A stretch of DNA of 64,000 nucleotides from Eutreptiella sp. 'Long Island Sound 2002' (Eukaryota > Protista > Euglenida). Of the stretch, positions 49,070 to 59,577 are shown piece by piece. Where the stretch lies: NCBI GenBank assembly GCA_964036045.1, contig OZ038378.1, positions 12,772,001-12,836,000 of the forward strand. Reading direction: 5' to 3'. The notes beneath the pieces are model-generated. The model was not told the DNA's origin and searched no databases. It saw only the letters and a program-made list of their open reading frames with translations. Within the stretch, counting starts at the first letter, position 1; each line of letters starts with the position of its first letter. The translations under genes and the position numbers were made by a program.

Positions 49070-52000
49070 CTGCAGAGGAGGGGGTTGTGCGGTGGGGTAG
49101 GCGGGCGATGACGCCGAATAAGCCGATATTTCTGAGTTCATCCACCAGAACAGTGCCGTCCTGCAAAGCCCAACTCTGCATCTCCCCCTCCCAGCCCAGA
49201 GCTCCGAGGTCCTGTCTAAATAATGCGGCGCGTGACAATCAGCCCCAATTCACTTTAGGCTCTCCAGCTCAGGCGGGTCCATCACGCTTAGACAAAGCCG
49301 TGCTTGCATGAGGAACACAGGAGATACGAGCTTTTGATGCATCAAGGATTTGTTGGTGTTGGACGTGCTCTTGTGAACCGTCGTTTCGGTTGTGCTAATG
49401 CGCGTGCAAGACGAGTGCAAACCCCCCACGGCCTTACGTTCTTCTTGCTTCAGCAAGAAAAACAAGCGGGGGGGGGCGCAGCCGTGAAAAGTGTGGCAGA
49501 GAACAAACAGTAGCGTAACTCGGGGAGTGCCACAGGGGCATCATACTGCAGTCATGAGCAGCGGGACAAACATTCCACTCGCACCCACAAAACTGCACTC
49601 CCCATGTCAATCCCCCCAGCACACTCTGCCCCGTAGCCCCAATACTGGCGGTACCGACAAAAGCAGGTCACACACAAGACATGGCACTGGACACCCCGTG
49701 TCCCCCACAGGTCCCTGAGAACCTCCATTTTGTCCTCCCGTGTTTGAAGGGGCTCGAGGGCCCTACTCACATCCTTCCCACGCCCTGCACAGGGGGGGGT
49801 ATCTGGGCTCAGCGGGTTCCCAACAGACCTCCGTCATATAATTGGGCCACCGCCACATGGCCCCTGCATCACTGCTCATGTGTCTACGGATAGTCCCGAC
49901 CCCTGTGCCCTTGCTTGCAGCCATGGCCCTGCCCCAGGCCTCGGCCCTCCCCCCCTGGGCCTCGGCCCTCCCCCCCTGCAGCCGCCCGTCCCCCTGCCTC
50001 CCTATCTCTGCCCCTGCCAGCTCCGAATGCTTCGTCAGAGGAAAGCGCCACGGTCATCGTGCCGGCAGTGACGACGCCCTTTTGCACACACGAAACGGGC
50101 ACGGGCCACGAACCGGCACAGCCACTCCCTCTGACACTCCGTTCCCTTGCGCAGATTGTGGCGGGCCCCTTCGCCCTCGCCGTCCCCACCCGCCGAAGAG
50201 GCGACCCGGACCGCACCGATGTACCTGCCACGGATCAGTGGGGGCCTTGCGGTGGCACCGGGTGATGGCCACCTCATGTCGGCTGATGAAGGTCCCAGTC
50301 ACCGGCAGCCCATCCTCAAAACTGCCAATGAACGCCTCGTGCTGCGTGTCGCGCCAGAACAAGCGGCCCTCGCCATGCGGCACCCGGTCCCGGAACTGTC
50401 CCACATACAGAACTGCGCCTCCGTCGCCGGGCCACAGCAGATAGTCAGTGTACGGCGCCCCGCTGTTCACCGCAGAGGCTGCCGGCACCTTCAGCCGCGC
50501 CATCTGCGCACCAGCACCGGTCGCGCCGACAGCGCCAGCAAGCATCAGGACCTGGGGGGACGAGGGAACGGACAGGCGGTGATCTCAGGAACCGCCCCCC
50601 CTTGCGCAAGCACGGCCGAAGTCAGGGCAAACGATGGTCAGACCGCGTGCTAATTAGACAAGGCCGAGCTTACGCGCACACCACCAGCGGTTCTTGGGAG
50701 GTTTGGGGCTCACTACAACAACATTCACCGAAAATGACATTCAAACAAATGGAAGTGGGCTGCAGTCTTAAGCGCAATGTTGTTTGGAGCAGAAGTATGG
50801 CATTCAGGCACCGGCGGTGACTGCACGGCGAAGGGACTGCACAACGGCCTAACGTGGTGGCACTGCATCGAGGCGTTGGACACGCGTGAAATGCAAAACG
50901 ATGGGATTCGGGTGCAACATGAGCTGCACTGAGGGGGCGATCACAGGCAGACAGGCGGGGGCCGACAGGCAGACCCAGGGGCGGCATGAGAGTGGGCAAG
51001 ACAGACCGAAAGGCAGCGATTAAGGCAGACAGGCGTGACAGGCAGACAGGCCGACACGCACGCCACGGGCCCGCGGATGAACGAAGGCATAGGCACACCT
51101 CGCCCCCGACCACCGCCTTCTGCACTCGGAGCGTGGCAGGCAGCGACAGCGTGAAGGTGGATCCCGCGATGCCCCCCGCAACTGTCGCGGTGGTGGCATT
51201 GGCGGCGGCGGACGCGGTGGCGGCAGCAGCGGTGCATGAGGCCTTGGCGGCAGCGGCGTAGAACGGGGCTGCGCCCCAGGTCGTCCAGCACGCGGCCCCG
51301 GCGGCGTTCAGGGCTGAGGCCTGCGCGGACGCGGCGGCCGCCTGCGCTGCGGCCGCCATCGCCGCGGACTTGGCCAACACGAAGACCCAGCCCCCAAGTG
51401 ACAACGTCGCAACCCCAATGCCAAGCCCAACGCCTCCAATCACAAGCTCCGTGTTCCGCCGGCGGCGCGCCACGCGCGCGAGCAACGGGAAGTCCGAGCG
51501 CAGTTGCTGCAGCGCGGCATCAAAGGGCCGGCAGATCTCGGCTGCGAACAGCTCCTTCCGGTCCTGCATCCCACAACCAAACGTCACGCAGACCAGAGGA
51601 CGGGCACTGTCATGTCAACAGCCACACCCTTCCCACCTGCACCACCACCCGCCGGAGGGCGGGTTTGTGCGACCTGCCTGGCCCGTGTGGCAGTTGATGG
51701 TGATGTCATCGCGGGCAGCGTGCGATGCTGTAAGGGGGGGGGGGACATGGCTGCGCGCCGGACTCGGAGAGATGTTGGGCGAAGTGGGGTGGCGTGGTGT
51801 GCAGGGTGATGTTGTGCGGTGCAGTGCGGTGCGGTACTGCGTGTTGTCGTTGTGGCTGCTGCTGCTGGCGCCGCCGCCGCCGCCGCCGCTGCTGCTAGTG
51901 CTGCTGCTGTTGATATTCGTGTTGTGTTGACGTTGCTGTGGTGGTGGTGGTGTTATGGTTGTTGTTGTTGGGCCGGTTTTGGTCCATAGCTCCCCCATCC

Positions 52001-55000
52001 AACCCGAGTCGGTGCGGTGGGTCATGGTGCAGCTCGAGAGCAAGGCCTGGTCCTCCCGTCATCACGGGGAGCACCTCGTGTGCGAGGCCTGCGACAGGCC
52101 CTCCCGCGTTTTTCCCGGCAGGACTGCTGGGGCGATGCCTTCTGTAGGTGGTCCCTACATCAGATGGAGCTCATGGAGAGCGAGGCCTACACCAGAAACT
52201 CCCGACATTTACTCCCGACAGTTACACATCCTCCCACTCGTTCGGCTCCCAGGCTGCAGCAATATGCCCACAGATAGACCCATCCCTGGGGCTTCGACTC
52301 CAGGGCCCACGTAGGCGTAGTATTGTTATCTCGTCAAGCGGAGCCACAGCAGTACCGATAAAGGCACCGCAGGTGCCCACACGAATGGTTCGCTGTAGCA
52401 TGGGCAAAGGCAAGGGGGTACCTGTAACACGAAGCAGCTGTGCGCCTGCAGCGCTGATAGGGCCTCAAACAGGGCCCCGATGTCGTAGGCCATCGTCCGG
52501 CCCGCAAGCACACTGCTGCTGATGCCGGTCGCGAACACGGGGACGGAGTCCGCAAAGCCGGGGAACCGCACGAGCGACCGCCGGGACCGCAGCATCGCGC
52601 GGAAGTCTTGTTTCATGGATTCGATCTGCCGCTGCGGCTCCAGAGCCGCGCCGTCATCGCCGCCGTCCAGGCCCTGCGTCTCCCCGATCCGGTCCACTTG
52701 GGCGAGGACGAAGAGCACTTTGGGGAGGCCGCGGGTGTCGTGGGCGAGGGCGTCGCCCTGGAAGAGGTGCGGGGCCTCCACAGCCAGCGTGTCCACGAGG
52801 GCCGCGGTGCCCTCCGTGCACGCCGCAGCGAAGTGGATCACGACGATGACCGCGTGGCTCAGTGACAGTACGACGTCGCGAAACTGCAGTCAAGCGGACA
52901 GACATGAGGGGGCACTGGCCGACACAGGGGTGGGGGGGGGGGGCGGGAGGGTTGGGGGAACTCCTCTCGCGCGACTTTGGGCACCCGCCGTGTTATTGTG
53001 TCGTCCAACATGACGTATTTTGATATGTTTTGGTGTTCGGGTGTGGGAGACGGTCGGATGCGGCACGGGCGGTGGAGATGCCCAATGCCGGAGCCGCAAA
53101 GCCCCTCACAGTCCATCCGATTGCATTGCAGCGGCAACAGTCGCACAGACTCGGACTGAAAACTCTGGTCGCGCCCGCCCACCGAGGCCTCTATCGCTGT
53201 CATTTCATTTGGACCGGGCGGCATGTATCATGGGGCTTGGGCGGGAGGCGCAACCGTCACTCAAACTGCAACGGTTTGGTGGTTTTCGCCGGACCGCCCC
53301 CCTGCGACATGCAGTGACACAAGTCGGCAATGCTGGGAAAGCGTGGGAGTCCATCACCCCAACTTAAGGGCCCACACCAAAGTGTGGGAGTCCATGGATA
53401 AGATGAGCAAAAAAAATGTGAAAAGGGGTGGAAATGGGTGAGAGTGGGTGAAAATCCAAAAATGCCATATCCCCCATGTGGAAGAAGCATCAAAACCTAC
53501 GCTAGGGGCAACCATGATGCCCCTAGGCTCACAAAGTATGGGTCTCCAGTACGGCTAGACGCCCAAATAGTTGCACTGCGCCTGCACTGCGCTAAGGGCG
53601 CCCCCTGGGTGAGTCTGGGACACAAAGAGGGGGGTCACCCACTGGCACTGAAGTTCTGTTCGTTGGACTGAGCATGATTTGTGATGGTCCATGGGGATTG
53701 GTTTGCATGTGTACGGGAGGGAGGGGCAGACAGACAAGACCAGGCAGGCGGGTAATGCAGTCGTCCCCGTCAGTACGCACATGTCCTCCCACTTGTGCGA
53801 CCATCGATCACACATGGCGATTGACCAGGAATGCCCCCCTTACAATGCGGTGGTCATATGGCGTGCACACTTCCCTGTCTTCGAGGGGTCGGGAGGCTGC
53901 ATCATCCTTTTCGGGGAGCTGGCCCAGAGGAAACCCTTTCACAAACTCCAAACGTCTCCTCCCAAAAGCCCGCTCCAGTTCCCCCCAAGGCTCCCGGCGG
54001 AACAGGCACAGCACCGATGCTCCTGCTTTCCCACAGCCCAATACATCACTTACGACAGCCTCTTCCACGCAGATCTTGTGCTTTGAGCCCAATTCAGCCC
54101 CATTCCCAGATCATGACCACGACACAGAGCAGCTGCGCATCCCTCACACGCGTGCTGTCCACTACCGCGCCCCAGTGGCGCGCGGGGCGCCCCCACAAGG
54201 GCCCCCACCGATGCTGCGTACGGAGGCCCGAAGCTCGCCAGACGTCAGGCTTTTCGTCCAGTCGGACCAATGGCCTTGTCTCCGGCTGTGCTGCTGTGAA
54301 TACCTCCTGCACCCATCCGACCGCACCAGCACCACCACTGCGACACTGTCCCTTGTGCGGCCGGGCACCCTCACGAATTCCGGAACGGCGGCCCTCAGTC
54401 AACACCTCAGCCTCGGGCCCTATGTGACTGCGTGTTGCAGCCCCAAGAACGTAAGAATTGTTTGTGCCCACAGGACCACTCCGCTTCAGGATGCCCCCCA
54501 CTCCTGACCAAAGATCGAGTGAACTGGGGGTGGCGATGAGTCTACAATCAGATCAGAACCTGCAAGTCCAACGCTCCTCCCCCTCCGTCGAGTGAGGGCA
54601 CCCTGTAGCCCTGGTGGAACCGATTCCTGACGCTGTTGTGGACAGCTCTGCTCAACACAGCCGGCCCTCCTGAGGTGCCGTCCACACTGTTTGTCGGCCA
54701 GCGTGACGATGTCTGTGCCTACCGGATTCTTGTGGACTAGCCCCGGCTGCATCTTCAACGTCATCTGAAAGTCAAAGTGTGGTGCCCCCCAACAACGACA
54801 ACGTTCTCCGGTGCCTTTGGCAAGTCAGAAATAGCGGTCAGACGGGTGCTTAGGCCGGGTTTGCGCAAGGGCCATTAGCAGCTCAATCATGGCACATTTA
54901 CCACCAGCCGACCCTTCAACACGAGATCTCGGGGTTTGGCATATTTTCGGGGGCTTGCCACTTATAGTGTTGGGGAATGAAGCGCCGGATACTTACCCCC

Positions 55001-55850
55001 CCCCCCTTTGTAATAGCTACGCCAAAGTACGGAATTAATACGGTCCCTACGCCTACTGTAGCTATTACAAGGGCGTAGCTTGCGCACGACATGCCTTGCA
55101 TGTGGTCTCTTGTGGTGGTGCAAGAAAGGGGGATATGGTACACAAATATCCCCCAAATCAGAGCTATGTGGGTTCAAATGGGCAAACACTCACAATAAAT
55201 GTGTCCATGACCCTATGTAGCTGGCAAATTTGTCACCAAACCCATGTGTTATGCTGGTGCACTACATTTGTACTGAATTAAAATTAGGTACCAAATTAAT
55301 ACGGTCCCTACACCTACTGTAGCTATTACAAGGGCGTAGCTATTACAAGGGGGGGGGCGGGGTAGCTACCGTATACCCCCGCGTCGCAAGCATACGGTCA
55401 TCGCCAACCAGTTCAGAATCAATGGGGGGGGGGGGGGCAAGGCATCCCCTGGCAGACCTGCCGCACCGTGGCATTGTCCGCCTCGTTGTACCCCGGCGTG
55501 TCCACGAGCTTGAGCGTGTGGTCCTGCAGGCCCCACTGCGCGGAGGAGCGGCAGCGCAGCACTGCGTCCACGGTGCCGTGCCGGCCGCCGCGGGCGGTCT
55601 CATTTGCCTTCCGCAGGGCAGCGTTCACCTCCGAAGCCCCGAAGGCGGTGCCGTCCCACACGCGGAGCACTGGCGTTTCTGCGGCCACGTTGGGGAACTC
55701 GCCCTCCTGGGCCCCGCCGTCCAGGATGCAGTGGGTGACGAAGGAGGTGCAGGTGGCCTGTCCAGACGGCAGCAGCCGCTGGCCCAGCAGGGCATTGAGC
55801 AGCGTGGACTTGCCGGCGTTGATCTCGCCCACAACACTGACCGAGAGCAT
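48875..55850 (-). CDS. Five-exon gene, about 613 aa: dynamin-like GTPase + hydrophobic membrane region + MORN-like repeats + C-terminal RING (C3HC4) E3 ligase
   Basis: Manual splicing gives one open frame: exons 55850-55458, 52883-52422, 51563-51099, 50551-50225, 49069-48875. All junctions are GT-AG and phase 0 (131+154+155+109+64 codons plus stop). Motifs: GEINAGKS, DTPG, VLFVLAQVD, YVGQFRDRVPHGEG, CPVC...PCLHGDVCSTC...CPLCR. Confidence 0.75.
50225..50551 (-). CDS. Exon 4: short hydrophobic helix plus two MORN-like repeats
   Basis: Acceptor CCCCCAG|GTC, donor CAG|GTACAT (alternative phase-0 donor GAG|GTGGCC at 50272). YVGQFRDRVPHGEGRLFW and FIGSFEDGLPVTGTFI resemble the MORN consensus YxGxWxxGxxHGxG. 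Confidence 0.72.
51099..51563 (-). CDS. Exon 3: helical segment, basic patch and Gly/Ala-rich hydrophobic (membrane) region
   Basis: Acceptor TGCAG|GAC, donor GAG|GTGTGC, 465 nt. Reads RVARRRRNTELVIGGVGLGIGVATLSLGGWVFVLAK followed by a poly-Ala-rich stretch. Confidence 0.75.
52422..52883 (-). CDS. Exon 2: remainder of GTPase domain including G4 region
   Basis: Acceptor CTGCAG|TTT, donor CAG|GTACCC, 462 nt. Reads FRDVVLSLSHAVIVVIHF...KVLFVLAQVDRI...VPVFATGIS, the expected continuation after DTPG. GC3-rich codons. Confidence 0.8.
54996..55362. mobile_element. TA-flanked MITE in intron 1 of the GTPase-RING gene
   Basis: Left CCCCCCCCCCCTTTGTAATAGCTACGCC and right GGCGTAGCTATTACAAGGGGGGGGG are inverted. 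TA on both flanks. Internal direct repeat of about 45 bp (aattaatacggtccctac.cctactgtagctattacaagggcgtagct). Confidence 0.7.
55458..55850 (-). CDS. Exon 1: dynamin-like GTPase domain, G1-G3 (Dynamin_N / bacterial dynamin-like / mitofusin-like)
   Basis: MLSVSVVGEINAGKSTLLNALLGQRLLPSGQATCT...LKLVDTPGYNE. G1 GxxxxGKS, the LP-x(4)-T G2 context and G3 DTPG match dynamin-like GTPases. Donor CAG|GTCTGC at 55457. Confidence 0.85.
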
Positions 55851-55855
55851 CAATG

Positions 55856-55905
55856 CTGAGGTGCAGCGACAAAAACGGAAGATGACGGCGAAGACCCGTC
55901 CGTAC
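55856..55905 (-). promoter_or_regulatory. Polypyrimidine tract plus AG acceptor 5 nt upstream of the ATG (candidate trans-splice or cis 3' splice site)
   Basis: Minus strand reads gtcttcgccgtcatcttccgtttttgtcgctgcacctcAG|cattgATG. Confidence 0.45.
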
Positions 55906-57799
55906 CTCGAAAAAACACACGATCTGCCCGTGACATTTGGGACGTCAACAGCTATTGACCACTGACAAACGTCATTTGACTGCCAAACCGCTGGCGATCA
56001 ACCGCCAACCGCCAAAACCTCGTGTGTACACGCTAACAAACTGGTCTTGTACGCATCCTTACGCACCCGTACGTGGCCATCCATGAAGACACCAAAGCAC
56101 AAACTGTCAGGCTCAACGGAGTGCAGGACACCATTGAATGTCAGGTGTTGAATATCCGGCTGCTGAGTACATATTGCACACTACGCACTCTGCACACTGA
56201 GCACTGCACATGCACATCTACAATCTACAAACATTGTGCACACCGCACGCTACAGTGCGAACTCACCCTCATCTCTGCAGCGACGTCTACAACCACAATC
56301 ACATCCGAACCTACACCCACAGCAGTAGGTTGCCGCCCATTTTGGCAAGATCATCGGAAAAGGCGTTTCCCTGTATATCACCTATGTCACAATAGTCTCA
56401 GTAAGTTGTGGCCTAGTGCACTTCCTGGCGGCCTAGGGTCCCCGATGAACAGCATTTTCCTTCTGCCACTGGTTAAGTAAAGCAAGCTCATCATGGCAGC
56501 ATGTGGGTGGTGAAAGTTAGAAATACTTGTGTCTCAAGGAATATTTTGCATCTTTTGTAACCCTTTTTTCTTGTTTCCAAGTGCCTTCTTGGGGCAATCC
56601 CGGTTCAAAAGTCAGCTTAGTGAGTGCAACATGGTGCTCCTTGACTGCTACTGTGCTGTTGCATGGGGGAGCCCAAATTGCAATATCTTTGATGGCTCTT
56701 CTGGTGTCCATATAGGGGCAAGTGGATTGTGTTCTATGTGTGGCCCTTCACAATGCCAAATAAGTGCATCTGTAGAGGTGCACAGCACAAGAGGACAAAT
56801 CCAAATGACAACACAACACATTTCCCGTGGATGTTGCCAAATAGCTATGCCAGGCGCACCGCATCAGGTGCCCCCCCCCCCCCCCCCCCCCCTGTGGACA
56901 AACGTCACCAGGAAGAAAATTGTCTGATTGACGGTAACGCCCTTTCCTGCCCAAAGCAGCAAGGAGTGATGTGGCTTTATCACCCCTATTGTGTGAGGAC
57001 CAGCCCATTCCAATTTATGATAGAGATGGGAATTGGCCACAGTACCAGTGCTGTATTGGGGCCTATAAAAGACAAAACATAGGAATAGCATGGAAGTCGA
57101 GAGGACATGTCGCCCCAAAACCTTCCAAGGAGGGGGGGAAATTGCATGCACTCCGACATGCTCTGACAGCACCTCCTGGGACATCCCACCAGCCAAAAAT
57201 CTAGGTCAAGCAAATCATACAAATAAAAAGATGCACAGTGCACACAGTGCGCACACGTGTGTCCTGGTCGCCCCAATAGGGGGGGAGGGGGTTGCAATCC
57301 AAAGCTTCCCTACCCATGGCCATGAAAAAGTAGGGCTGTAGAGCTCAAGATACTGCAATGTCATGTGCACTTCTCACAAAGGCAAGAAAAAGCTAGCTAG
57401 AGGCAGGCTGCGCTTAAAGGAGGGCAAGGGGGCCATGAAGCAACGGATACAGAGCTCGCATATACCCCTGTGTCACAGGCATGTGGTCATCGCCACAACT
57501 CTCTCAGTGCCAAATATTGCCTTGAGTTCACCACACAAGGTGGCTATGGAATGTATGAGGGGGCAAGGTGGGTTGGGTTGGGTTGGGCTGGCGGCCTCAT
57601 GCGGGAGTAGGCCCTCGGGTGTGGGCTTCCTTCCCTGCCCCACCACGAGGCTGAACTACCTGACTGTCCGGTTCCAAGGCCGAGCGGACTATCGACAGCC
57701 ACTAGACCCCACTGAAGCGCAGGTGGGCGGAAGATACCGTCGTCCTGTGTGTAGGCGCGCGCGCGGGCAGGGGTGTGGGCGGGGGCTGGGCCTTGCGTG

Positions 57800-58200
57800 T
57801 GGGGGGCAAGTGTGGCCTGGTGCTCCAGGGCCGGTGGGGCAGGCCATGGGAGCCTGACGCTGAGCCCACCGGGGAGTAGTGGGCCAGGGCATCGCATCCT
57901 CCTGGTCACAGAGACACGCTGCCCGCCAGTCCCACGACTGCGTACGCACGAGGATGGGTGTGCGCCGGGCACGACTTGGGGGGACCCGCGCTCCTTGACT
58001 GCCTGTAGGCACAGGTGGCGCCGCCGTACTAGCTGGGTCCCGCACTCCCACGGCCTGGGGCGCTGGTGGCAGGTGGAGGGGTCCCTGGGCGCGCTGAGCG
58101 CTTCCCTGCCCTGGGACCTGCCCGGGAAGGTTCCCGGGTGCGGCGCTGCTGCCCCGTTAGTCCTGGGGGCCCGTAGGGCACACCACCGGACTGGCCCCTC
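57800..58200 (+). repeat. GC-rich dispersed repeat, homologous to 2750-3170
   Basis: Same conserved blocks in the same order. Confidence 0.65.
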
Positions 58201-59124
58201 CAAGGGAAGGGGGGGGGGCAGGGGTCGGCAGGTGGCTGTCTGGCCTCCAAGGGTTGCCCACAACCGCACTGGAGTGCACGGGGCTGTGCTGGCCCAGGCG
58301 TCTGTGATGAAGTTGGAGGGGCGCGTGCACACCTAAAGGTTCCCTGGGCAAGCCGCTCAAGGGATGCCCACAGCGGTCAAGCTGTGAGCCCTTCACAGCC
58401 TCCACTTTTCAGGCCTTGAGGGCGCCGACTCCATGCACCCCTCCTGTCGGGGGCGCAGGCGGGGGGGGGGGGGGGGTGAGTGGTGGTTGGGTCTACTTGT
58501 CCGTTCATTGGCTCATGGTGCCCATTTGTTTGGGAGAGGAGGACCACCTGCTGGGTTACCATGCAGGTCCCAGATCCCAACATACTCGTCGTTCGGCGTT
58601 CGCCCCCTTTCCACGAGGGGAGGGACCTCAATCACCATGTGCCGGCCTGCAGTGAGGGTGCGAGGGCATGCTGGGGGGGGGGGTGCCGGGTCTGCTTTTG
58701 GTCCCGCCCCATTTCTGTTGGGGGTAGGGGTAGGGGCAGCAAAAGGCCTGCTCCCTGTTTCCTGGTCCCCAAGGGGAACCAGCCCACGGCCTGCACCCTC
58801 GCTTTGTGGTGGCTGAAATTTGGGCCGACAAAGGGGGCAGGTGGGGAGGGGGGGTCTCGGGCCAGGGGGAAGGGGGGGGGGGCAGAGAACGGGGACCCTC
58901 CTCCTTGCGGTTTATGTAATGACAATCGGTGCGACCATTTGGTCCTCATCCGTTTTAGTCTGAATCAGTGCTGGAGTTGTAATCTGAACTAGAATCTGAA
59001 CCGTAAGAATCTGACGCACAACCTGAGTCTGGACTAGGCACAAAACCATTAGGCTTGTCCTTCACAAGGGACACCACTTCTTCAATGTTCATATCCATGC
59101 CCAGCTCCCCATCACACCCTTTCG

Positions 59125-59577
59125 TCATTTCCCCTTGTCTGCATGCTCTGATTGCAGATTTGAGTGCCTCCTTTTTTTTCTGTACTCCTCAACTACAGGT
59201 TGGTAGTTGTACTCATAAAAAAGTGCAGCATCACACGCCACAACCAATAACTTCTCCAACATATCCATTTCTAACCTCCTACGATCAGCAGAATTTATCC
59301 AGTTCAGTAGAGGGTCAAAAGACAAGCAGCAGCCTTTTGGCCACATTGTAAACAGTTGCCCTTTTCTTCCCGGTATAGTGGTCCTCATACCAGACAAAAA
59401 GGATGGCTGTTGTAAGTTCCTGTGTATCCACAGGGGGGGCAAATTGACTTTGGGTTTGAGGTCCAAAAACTTTTCCATGGGTGCCTGGAGAGAGCACGAC
59501 AGAGGGGCACAAGTGAGGAAATCCCAAAACCAGTCCTGCAACCCATACTTGCACAACACGAGGCCACTGCCCATCAA
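59125..59577 (-). pseudogene. Second hAT-like transposase C-terminal remnant
   Basis: LNWINSADRRRLEMDMLEKLLVVACDAALFYEYNYQPVVEEYRKKRR parallels the C-terminus at 26852-27253 (...VEQYLIMALDSIPWTEYNFAPVWE...ARRSR). Confidence 0.55.

Noticed and set aside
53691-54507. Extra coding exon within intron 1 of the GTPase-RING gene
   Set aside because: The frames are broken and inconsistent between strands, and exon 1 joins exon 2 cleanly without it. More likely a repeat relic.
48875-55850. Euglenid non-conventional introns
   Set aside because: All modelled junctions are satisfied by ordinary GT-AG sites.
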